Positions 56,856 through 64,000 of a stretch of 64,000 bases of DNA are shown piece by piece. The notes under the pieces are model-generated. The model was not told where the DNA came from. It made no database searches and saw only the letters and a program-made list of their open reading frames with translations. The first letter of the stretch is position 1. Every line of letters starts with the position of its first letter. A program made the translations under genes and the position numbers. The DNA comes from a virus (lineage: Duplodnaviria > Caudoviricetes). Location of the stretch: IMG/VR virus record IMGVR_UViG_3300038345_000118, positions 22,149 to 86,148 of that record; one strand, 5' to 3'.

Positions 56856-57458
56856 ATGGCTTGCAACTTAAAAAACGTACTCTCCAGCGGCAGCGACTGT
56901 AAGGAGAACCCCTCCGGACTGAGCAACCACGTATTCGTTGTGCCCCTGGATGCGGATCACATTCACAGCATTGCCGTGAACGATGCCAAGAACCAGTATG
57001 TCATTTCTCCTGCCGGTGCTTCGTCAGGCGAGCCTGCAGCCCTCAAAGGCTTCCGTATCGACTTCAAGAGTCAGACGGGTCAGGTGACTTCTGAGGACAA
57101 CGGCCAGGGCAAGGGCTGGACCCACACGGGTACAGGACGTGTGGAGCTGAACGAGGATGACATGGCTCTCGTCAGCCGCACGCTGCACAACTCCGACAAG
57201 AACCTGTTCTTCTTCCCGACCGGAAAGGTGACAGAGGATGGTACGGAGTACAAGGTCATCGGCAACCAGTTTGGCGAGGCCGAGTGGGGTGTAGCAGCCG
57301 ACAGCGGCACTGCACGTGGCGACGACCACGGACAGACCTTCACTGTCACCTGCGGTTATCAGGTTTATCCTGTAATGAAGTGGTACGGCACCATCCAGCA
57401 GGATGAAGACCAGACCTTCACCGACGAGACAGGCGACGAGGTTATCATCACTGATTAA
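56856..57458 (+). CDS. putative major tail protein
   Basis: 200 aa, beta/Gly-rich, highly biased codons, follows the capsid gene. Confidence 0.6.
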   Translation: MACNLKNVLSSGSDCKENPSGLSNHVFVVPLDADHIHSIAVNDAKNQYVISPAGASSGEPAALKGFRIDFKSQTGQVTSEDNGQGKGWTHTGTGRVELNEDDMALVSRTLHNSDKNLFFFPTGKVTEDGTEYKVIGNQFGEAEWGVAADSGTARGDDHGQTFTVTCGYQVYPVMKWYGTIQQDEDQTFTDETGDEVIITD

Positions 57459-57571
57459 TTCCCCTTCCTACATACGACGAGGCCCAGGCTCAATAAGTCT
57501 GGGCTTTGTTGTAATCAATTCAGGCTGCCGTGACACAGCAGCATACACAGCAAATTTAACGACGAAAGACT

Positions 57572-58087
57572 ATGCTACAGATAGAACCTTGCTGCACGCA
57601 GAAACACCTGCTTGCACTGAGAAGCAAACTCGGAGAGAACGGAACAGCCTTTTGGCACGGTTATGGCGACTTGTCACTGGCGGAGCTACTGCCGCACATA
57701 CTGACGCGCTACAGTGAGACGGAAATGCTGCTGGCAGTTCCAGCCCTTCCCGACGCCGCCGCCGAAACAGTAAAGAACATCATGCAGAAACAGTGGATGC
57801 GTATGGACGGCAAAGGCAAGCTCAATGTCGTCAAGCATCTCACACTTGTCGCCGACCTACGGAAAAAGAAATCCCCTGCGGCAAACGGCTGGCTCACGGA
57901 GAATCCTTTTGGTGATCGGCTGACGATCCGCAACGTGCAGCAGGGTGATACGGCCATCCTGTTGCCGGACATTGCTTTCTTCGGCAATATCAACCTTACC
58001 TACGGCAATCACTTTACAGCAATGGCCACAAAGCACAAGAAACTTATTGACGAGATGAGGAAGAACTTTTTAATGCTTAATTCATAA
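57572..58087 (+). CDS. hypothetical protein
   Basis: 171 aa. Confidence 0.75.
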   Translation: MLQIEPCCTQKHLLALRSKLGENGTAFWHGYGDLSLAELLPHILTRYSETEMLLAVPALPDAAAETVKNIMQKQWMRMDGKGKLNVVKHLTLVADLRKKKSPAANGWLTENPFGDRLTIRNVQQGDTAILLPDIAFFGNINLTYGNHFTAMATKHKKLIDEMRKNFLMLNS

Positions 58088-58097
58088 TGCATAATGC

Positions 58098-58589
58098 TCA
58101 GCTTATAAGCTGTATGCCCATCAGGCATTGGATGCGGAACGTGACATTCGTCTTTGCGCCGTCGCGCTCTACGTTGCAGAGATAGGTGTCCCTTGTTGCA
58201 GACACGAAGCCGCGTGAAAGGTCGCGGAAGGTGAGCAGGAGGTGTCGCGGTGTACGTTCCAGCCTGAGCAGGTAGTCCCACGTCTCACTATCCCTGTCAT
58301 CGACGCGGCACGTCACGTTGACGGTATGCATTCGTCCTGCCACGCTGTCAGACTCATCATCCTTGGCTTTTCCTGTCGTGTGGATGATAGGTATCAGCAT
58401 TCCGCCTGACGATGCCGGCTGAAGTCCTATGGTAATTGCACCGGTCATTGACGGGTCAAATTCTGTTCCGTCGATAACCGGCGTCAGTTGATTAGATACT
58501 GATGGCGGTGAGCTTGCAGGTATGTTTTCAATGGGTATGGCTGTAATGGCCATCACGTCGTCGAGGTCAAATTCCTTACAGTTGTTCAT
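58098..58589 (-). CDS. hypothetical protein (possible structural)
   Basis: 163 aa, driven by a late-type promoter. Confidence 0.75.
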   Translation of the reverse strand: MNNCKEFDLDDVMAITAIPIENIPASSPPSVSNQLTPVIDGTEFDPSMTGAITIGLQPASSGGMLIPIIHTTGKAKDDESDSVAGRMHTVNVTCRVDDRDSETWDYLLRLERTPRHLLLTFRDLSRGFVSATRDTYLCNVERDGAKTNVTFRIQCLMGIQLIS

Positions 58590-58615
58590 GTTGTTATTTC
58601 GTTATATTGTTAATA

Positions 58616-58650
58616 CTAAATTACGGGATAACGGAACAGAAATCAAGGGC
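58616..58650 (-). promoter_or_regulatory. phage late-type promoter
   Basis: GCCCTTGA-N19-TAATTTAG. Confidence 0.75.
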
Positions 58651-58720
58651 AAAGGAAACGCGGATGCGTCGGCTTTTAGCTTTTGCATCCGCGAACCATC
58701 CACGGCGAAATGTAGGTGGT

Positions 58721-58990
58721 TTATTTTCTGAACAGTTTTCTGGCGATCCATATCAGGCTGTCCGTGAGTATATTTGCTGCCACGTCGGAACCGAAGTCCA
58801 CATACCAGTTCTGGCTGCGCTCAATACGTTCGAGCTGCGTCTGCTGCCGGGCCAGTGCCGCCTTTATCTCTTCGGCACTTGCATTCTGCATGGTGAGCTG
58901 AACGAACAGACGTTTCTCCTCGTCGGACATCTTATTGTAGATCTCCTCCAAGAGTTTTCTTCTGGCAAAGGCTTTGAGCGCAGAATCCAT
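58721..58990 (-). CDS. hypothetical protein
   Basis: 89 aa, last gene of the Cys-rich cassette operon. Confidence 0.75.
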   Translation of the reverse strand: MDSALKAFARRKLLEEIYNKMSDEEKRLFVQLTMQNASAEEIKAALARQQTQLERIERSQNWYVDFGSDVAANILTDSLIWIARKLFRK

Positions 58991-59027
58991 TTCTCCGACT
59001 GCTGTAACACTGCCGTTTGTTTGACGT

Positions 59028-59537
59028 TTACAGTCCGAAGTACGAGCGGATGTTATAAACGCCGTCCTTATCCTTCAGGGCGTCGATGGCAAGTCCGTAT
59101 ATGCCCGGCACGATTTCTTCTGCAGGAATGCTTTCAAGCGGTTTCTTCAGGAAGCGCTCGGCGATGGTTGCGGCATGGTCGGAATACTGTTTGTTCATCT
59201 CCGTCCAAAGTGCGCATGAGTTGTAGCACGGGGCTTCCTCGGTAGGAATGCCGAGGTCGGCCATTGCTTTGTTCCACACGTCGCGTTTCCACGGTGCTGC
59301 CGGGTTCATCTTGGCCACGATGGCTTCGGCCTCTTTGGGCGTGAGATACTGGTTCCAGCGTATAGCCTCCAGCTTCTGTATCATTTCCTGGGCTTCTGCC
59401 GGCATTTTCTCTAACATGGCTTCCATCATCTCAGTCATTACCTTGCCGAAGGCTTTCATGTTCTTCGGGTCACGGCTCTGGGCCATGTAGTCGTAGAGCA
59501 TGTAGTATTGCTCTTTCAGTTCTTGTGGAGTGTTCAT
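59028..59537 (-). CDS. hypothetical helical protein
   Basis: 169 aa, Met-rich. Confidence 0.8.
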   Translation of the reverse strand: MNTPQELKEQYYMLYDYMAQSRDPKNMKAFGKVMTEMMEAMLEKMPAEAQEMIQKLEAIRWNQYLTPKEAEAIVAKMNPAAPWKRDVWNKAMADLGIPTEEAPCYNSCALWTEMNKQYSDHAATIAERFLKKPLESIPAEEIVPGIYGLAIDALKDKDGVYNIRSYFGL

Positions 59538-59568
59538 AATCTTACTTTTTTTGGTTCTTACTTTTTAA

Positions 59569-59769
59569 TTAGCACCATGGACAGCGGGCTGTCGGGATGC
59601 GGGGCGTATATTGAACGGGTGCGCGACGGACGGAAACTGGAGAAGATCGCTGCTTCGGTTTCTGAACAGGAACTGACGTTTCTGGCACCGTGGTTTCCTG
59701 TGTCACAGCAACAGACTCAACGGGAGCGTCCTTCGTCTTCTTTGCGGTCGTTGTTTTCGATTTTGCCAT
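59569..59769 (-). CDS. small basic protein ending RCPWC
   Basis: 66 aa from MAKSKTT; start chosen by context. Confidence 0.55.
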   Translation of the reverse strand: MAKSKTTTAKKTKDAPVESVAVTQETTVPETSVPVQKPKQRSSPVSVRRAPVQYTPRIPTARCPWC

Positions 59770-60052
59770 ATATTCTGTTGTATAATGTGTCAATAGCATA
59801 CATGAATAATTCAAGCCAAAGGGCGATGTATGAACAGAGGAGGGATATTGCAAGCAGCGTAAGTGAAGAGTGAAGAGTGAAGAGTGAAGAATCCGCCATT
59901 CCACACACTAACACGCTCCAGAAAGTGAAGCATTTAGGACAGTTAATGACAGGCAATTCTCGCCCTGTTCTTTCCTCAATCGCCTTAATCAGTCCGAGGT
60001 GATTGACCGTCGTGCAGATGAACACGATTGCTGCAATATCCCTCCAGTCCAT
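59717..60052 (-). CDS. membrane protein with CPKC motif
   Basis: 2-3 hydrophobic segments; in-frame heptamer insert DSSLFTLHSSL. Confidence 0.75.
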   Translation of the reverse strand: MDWRDIAAIVFICTTVNHLGLIKAIEERTGRELPVINCPKCFTFWSVLVCGMADSSLFTLHSSLTLLAISLLCSYIALWLELFMYAIDTLYNRIYGKIENNDRKEDEGRSR

Positions 60053-60064
60053 AGTCAGTCGGTT

Positions 60065-60526
60065 TTACGCGCCGGTGGCGACGGTGAAAGCGAACTCCAC
60101 TTCAGCAACGTTGGTGGACGGACAGCCGCAGGATGTTCCCACTGGCGATGCGCTCACACCGAGAGCGGTTACGGTAGGCACGTCGGCTGAAGGGCATGGG
60201 ATGCACTTGGTCACGATGACCTTCTCCGTCTGCAGGCAGTTGTTCGGGCATCCGTTGCCGCAGCGATAGACCTGCTGGTAGGTGAGGTCGCAGATGCAGC
60301 GGATGTCGCAGCAGTACTCTCCGCTGTCGCCGACGGGGCGGGGTGTGCCGATCACCTGAATGTCGAAGTTACTTGCCAACGGGAATCCGTCGGCGTTGAC
60401 ACACATCTGGCGGTTGCCGCAGGTGTAGTGCGTGCAGTCCAGAAGATAACTGGTAGAGGCATCTGTGCCTCCGGGGTACGGGGTCAGACTGTTGAAATAA
60501 GTCTTACCATTTTGATTACAAGCCAT
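60065..60526 (-). CDS. Cys-rich hypothetical protein
   Basis: 153 aa with many Cys (CCDIRCIC, CGNGCPNNC, CIPCP, CGCP). Confidence 0.8.
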   Translation of the reverse strand: MACNQNGKTYFNSLTPYPGGTDASTSYLLDCTHYTCGNRQMCVNADGFPLASNFDIQVIGTPRPVGDSGEYCCDIRCICDLTYQQVYRCGNGCPNNCLQTEKVIVTKCIPCPSADVPTVTALGVSASPVGTSCGCPSTNVAEVEFAFTVATGA

Positions 60527-60629
60527 AGTTTAAAATTGTTTTGTGGGTTTATTTCTGTGAGGACCTATTCTCTGCACCGTCCTCCTCTTGTGCTTTTCAT
60601 TTCTTTTTCGCTGTGACTCAGCGAAACAC

Positions 60630-60905
60630 TTAACCGTTTTCGATGAAGGGGATGGATAGCTGTGTGTCATTTTCCCTTGGCTGCAGCTGCATCTGTATGT
60701 CTGCAATGGATTTTTCCACAGCGGCGATTTGCTGGCGTGCTTCCATCTGTGCGCGTGAGAGGTCAAAGAGCATACGGGTGCAACAGAAGATTTGCTGTGA
60801 GATACCGCACCGGTTGCAGTCTTGCGGGCATGGGCGTGGTTTTGGCTGTTCAGCGACGGCTGGGCCTTCGCCTGCTGGTAGCTGGTTTTGTTTTGTTTCT
60901 GCCAT
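60630..60905 (-). CDS. small Cys-motif/coiled-coil protein
   Basis: CPQDCNRC..QQIFCC. Confidence 0.75.
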   Translation of the reverse strand: MAETKQNQLPAGEGPAVAEQPKPRPCPQDCNRCGISQQIFCCTRMLFDLSRAQMEARQQIAAVEKSIADIQMQLQPRENDTQLSIPFIENG

Positions 60906-60942
60906 GATGGTTTTGTTTTAGGGCTGCTGTGATGCAGCATAT

Positions 60943-61149
60943 TCAACTTTTTCTGAAATGATTGATGATCTGCTGTTTAACGAAAGCGTTTCTTTGCCAT
61001 CGGGCTATACCGTCGGCTATCTTATTGCCTGTAACGGCGATGCCTTGTTGTCCCATCTGGTCCACAAAGCCTCCGAGTGCATGACGAGCAGCATCTGCCT
61101 CTTGCTCGTTCTCGGCGTAGATGTTTATGGTAATTGGGAATACTTGCAT
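60943..61149 (-). CDS. small hypothetical protein
   Basis: 68 aa. Confidence 0.75.
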   Translation of the reverse strand: MQVFPITINIYAENEQEADAARHALGGFVDQMGQQGIAVTGNKIADGIARWQRNAFVKQQIINHFRKS

Positions 61150-61235
61150 TTTAAGTTAAGAGTTTAGAATTTAGAATTTAGAGTTGTCGCGCTTTGCGCG
61201 ATTATGAATTAAGCATTATGCATTATAAATTTGCA

Positions 61236-61610
61236 TTACTCATTGATGGGCGGGAGGGGTGTTGTAGCGGCGGCGGAACCGTCGCCTACGGGTAATTCTG
61301 GTAGCTGTCCTCGCTTGGCGATGACTGTGCGGATGAAGTCGTAGCCCTGAACGAGAGTTGACTGGTTTTCTTTGAGCCAGCCCATTATTCCGTTGGCCAT
61401 GTCCTTGGTGTTGTCAACCCACGTCTGCGGTGCCGGGTCGTAGTCGGGCAAGTCCGGCATGTCTTTGGCGAAGAAGTCGTAGAGTTTGTTAGCTTCTTCG
61501 ATGTCGGCCTTGCAGATAATCAGGCACTGCATTTTGAGTGTGGCCTTGGATGTAGGGCGGAGTGCTTGAATCATTTCCAGTTGTCTTTTTTTATTTTTGA
61601 ACCATTTCAT
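61236..61610 (-). CDS. hypothetical protein
   Basis: 124 aa. Confidence 0.8.
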   Translation of the reverse strand: MKWFKNKKRQLEMIQALRPTSKATLKMQCLIICKADIEEANKLYDFFAKDMPDLPDYDPAPQTWVDNTKDMANGIMGWLKENQSTLVQGYDFIRTVIAKRGQLPELPVGDGSAAATTPLPPINE

Positions 61611-61672
61611 TGCCGTGAGTGGTTAGATGAAAGGTAGGCGACGGCAAAGCCGCCGCCTACCGAGAAAGCCGT

Positions 61673-62236
61673 TTAGCCATTGCAACCGCAACCGCCGGGG
61701 CATCCACAAGGCTGTGGTGCCGAGTAGATTTGTACGGGCGTTGCGTTCAGGCTGGAGCGGCCTGTGACAGCATCGGCGAACGTCTGCTGCATCACCTGCT
61801 GTGTAGCCTGTGAAGCGGCAAGTTCTGCTGCCTGCTGGGCGGTAAGAGTTCCCTGCTGAGCAGACGACACAGTGTCGTTGACTGTCTGGGTGATGGAGTA
61901 GTCGCCCTGGATGCGCTCATTACGCTCTGCTGCCAGTGTTCCGGCAAGCGTCTGCACGAGGTCGCGCAGTCCGTCGTTCTTGGCGACGGCCACCTCCTTA
62001 GCAGTGTTGGCAGCCTCCTTTGCCTCGTTGCCCTTGGCGTTAGCGTACATGCCTCCGAAGATCCATGCGCTGACACCGGCGACTGCGCCTACCACGCCGA
62101 CGGTGAGTCCTGCGATAGCCACGCCTGAAGGTTTCTTACTCTGCTTGTAACCGACCATGTACTGCTCGTAGGGTGTCATGCCACCCTCGTTGCCCATTGA
62201 CTTCAAAGCCATAAGGTCTTGCATTTCTAATGCCAT
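61673..62236 (-). CDS. Gly/Ala TM helix + coiled coil + Cys-rich tail protein
   Basis: Start re-set to MALEMQ; GVAIAGLTVGVVGAVAG; ends PQPCGCPGGCGCNG; promoter TAACTTTG at 62294-62301. Confidence 0.85.
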   Translation of the reverse strand: MALEMQDLMALKSMGNEGGMTPYEQYMVGYKQSKKPSGVAIAGLTVGVVGAVAGVSAWIFGGMYANAKGNEAKEAANTAKEVAVAKNDGLRDLVQTLAGTLAAERNERIQGDYSITQTVNDTVSSAQQGTLTAQQAAELAASQATQQVMQQTFADAVTGRSSLNATPVQIYSAPQPCGCPGGCGCNG

Positions 62237-62388
62237 AGTTGTTTGGTTTTTGTGTTTGTGAATAAATAGAGTTGCATTGTCAAAAGGACAAGGCAAAGTT
62301 ATCTATCTGTTGCGATAAAATCGCAACCTACCGTTAAAATGGCATGAAGGGATGCGTTCAGCGTTGAAGCGGATTTTTCAAATGGCTG

Positions 62389-62616
62389 TCATACTGTCTT
62401 TTCCATGTGGTTAATGATGTTGTACACCTGCCGGTCTGTAATTCCGTAGCGTTGTGCCAGTGTCAGGAATATTCCTTTGCGGTTAGGCATTGTTTGGGAC
62501 ATTTCCAGGTAGTCACGGTACAGATCACAATACTTGTAATCATCGAGACGGACACCTGCCTGCTTCAGCTTTTGAAACAGTTCCTTGTTAAATTCAATTA
62601 ATTCTGCAAGTTTCAT
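62389..62616 (-). CDS. small HTH transcriptional regulator
   Basis: Start re-set to MKLAEL; LAQRYGITDRQVYNII is HTH-like. Confidence 0.75.
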   Translation of the reverse strand: MKLAELIEFNKELFQKLKQAGVRLDDYKYCDLYRDYLEMSQTMPNRKGIFLTLAQRYGITDRQVYNIINHMEKTV

Positions 62617-62649
62617 ACGCAAATTTTGTAAAAAGTTACTATTTTTGCA

Positions 62650-62790
62650 ATCTCTTACCTTCACGTATCATAAAAATCCACCATTGGAGAAAGAAGAGGA
62701 CATACAGTCCCCGGCCTTTCCTCCGGTGGTGGATTTACGTGCAAAAAGAAGGTAAGAGAGCTTTGCGTACAGGTCGGGGACTTTTCTTTT
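62650..62790 (+). ncRNA. candidate pseudoknotted small RNA
   Basis: TATTTTTG at 62640-62647; helices 62651-62/62748-59, 62674-83/62727-36; loop 62706-15 pairs with 62773-82; U-tract follows. Confidence 0.6.
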
Positions 62791-62879
62791 TCCTGCCCCG
62801 GTGAGGAACTTATGAACTCCGTTCTGGAGTGAGATCTACACTATCTGCCTGCAAGATAGTGTATGCGGGGGTAAGCGTC

Positions 62880-62912
62880 AAGGGCTGAAGCAGATGCTCC
62901 AGCCCTTTTTGT
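62880..62912 (+). terminator. intrinsic terminator
   Basis: AAGGGCTG-AAGCAGATGCTC-CAGCCCTTTTT. Confidence 0.7.
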
Positions 62913-62951
62913 TTTTATCCATCATAAAAAATACGCTACCTTTGCCGAAAA

Positions 62952-63923
62952 ATGGATATTCAGAACATCATCAACGGCATCGCGGAGCAGCTGCAAGGCA
63001 CGAACGCACTCATTCAAATTCAAGTGGAGGACCAGTATTATATCCGGATTATTGGTGACAGCACGCGACTGTCAAAGTCTGTACGTGCTTCTACGGTTCC
63101 TGACACACGGCCATTCCTCTCCTGGATGAAAGAGCAGATCGAGCAGGCTCCCGTCTGCGAGAACACCAAGATCAGCCACAGGAACGCGCACATGCGGCTC
63201 ACTGCCTTCCGTCCTGATGTCACGTTCGCCGACTTAAACCACAGGTTCCTGATGGACTATGAGACGCACCTTCGTGAACATGGGTACTCCGTCAACACCA
63301 TCGCCAAACAGATGCGTATCCTCAGACGCTACCTGAATCTGGCTCTCGACATGGACATCATCACGTCCAATCCTTTCCGCAAGTACCGCATCCATACACA
63401 GCCGGTTCACAAAGAAACGCTCACTGAAAAAGAACTGAAGAAGATAGAAGAAAACCTTCCGTCGCTCCCTGCCAGGGAGCAGGAGGTGGCCAAGGCGTTT
63501 CTTTTCGCCACCTATACCGGCTTGCGTTTCTCGGATCTGCAGCAAATCACGCCCGGTCACTTCAAGCGCATCAACCGACGGCAATGGCTCATCCTCCAGA
63601 TGCGGAAGACACACTCCGAGGTCCGCATCCCCGTTTCCACGATCTTCCAAGGGAAGTCCCTCACGTTCTCCCCACCATTCCGGCTACATACCAATGCTCA
63701 GTCCAACCGGACGCTCGCCCATGCGCTTGTCCGCTCCGGCATCAGGAAGCACATCACCTGGCACTGTGCCCGGCACACCTGTGCGACGCTACTCCTTGCC
63801 CGTGGTGTTCCACTTCCTGTTATACAGAGCATCTTAGGTCACGCCTCCATCACCACCACCCAAGGCTACTCCAGCATCACTGACAGCACCATCGAGCACC
63901 ACATCCGCCGTGCGTTCAGATGA
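62952..63923 (+). CDS. tyrosine recombinase (integrase/resolvase)
   Basis: SAM-like domain; catalytic TGLRFSD, HCARHT, LGH, TQGY; promoter TACCTTTG immediately upstream. Confidence 0.92.
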   Translation: MDIQNIINGIAEQLQGTNALIQIQVEDQYYIRIIGDSTRLSKSVRASTVPDTRPFLSWMKEQIEQAPVCENTKISHRNAHMRLTAFRPDVTFADLNHRFLMDYETHLREHGYSVNTIAKQMRILRRYLNLALDMDIITSNPFRKYRIHTQPVHKETLTEKELKKIEENLPSLPAREQEVAKAFLFATYTGLRFSDLQQITPGHFKRINRRQWLILQMRKTHSEVRIPVSTIFQGKSLTFSPPFRLHTNAQSNRTLAHALVRSGIRKHITWHCARHTCATLLLARGVPLPVIQSILGHASITTTQGYSSITDSTIEHHIRRAFR

Positions 63924-64000
63924 TTTTGTCCTGGCCGGACAAATTGCGGATGTGCAGGATGAGGTGGATGAAAATGCAGAAAAAACAAAGGTTTATTCGA

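Noticed and set aside
1-64000. Diversity-generating retroelement or retron
   Set aside because: No reverse transcriptase motif and no TR/VR repeat pair seen in this window
63924-64000. attP/attR site after the recombinase
   Set aside because: No matching direct-repeat partner within the window; cannot be supported

Overview
About 64 kb of a large temperate, probably long-tailed (siphovirus-like) phage of a Bacteroidales host, likely Prevotella-like. The host inference rests on TAnnTTTG -7 promoters, A-rich starts without Shine-Dalgarno sites, and HU-like/DUF4248 genes. The genome continues past both edges. Layout, left to right: (1) 1-14.9 kb, a leftward early operon with a DarB-like methylase-SNF2 helicase (cut by the window edge and missing from the ORF track), a MutS-I-domain protein, ArdC and many small acidic proteins, 8 of which end in -Ala-Ala; (2) a ~1 kb structured non-coding region ending in a tRNA-like T-arm, then a telomere-like C1-3A tract; (3) a solo TnpB, a C4-like antisense leader, HigBA and HU-like genes; (4) a plasmid-type module with Rep_3, 22-bp-phased iterons, a DnaA-domain-I/ATPase fusion, ParA plus a small partner and centromere-like repeats; (5) a PAPS reductase, SSB-like gene and amidase; (6) a morphogenesis block with terminase, MTase, portal, tape measure, a Stealth-GT-DUF4422 triple fusion, S49 protease/scaffold, a capsid protein with an InlB-B-like domain and a major tail candidate; (7) a Cys-rich unknown cassette, a pseudoknotted small RNA candidate and a tyrosine recombinase. 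The strongest sequence-level observations are nine copies of a fixed-spacing promoter GCCCTTGA-N19-TAnnTTnn ahead of mostly late genes, the early-operon -AA termini, the P1-like phage-plasmid toolkit, and several repeat families inserted in frame in proteins. Family assignments come from motif recognition by eye, not database searches.
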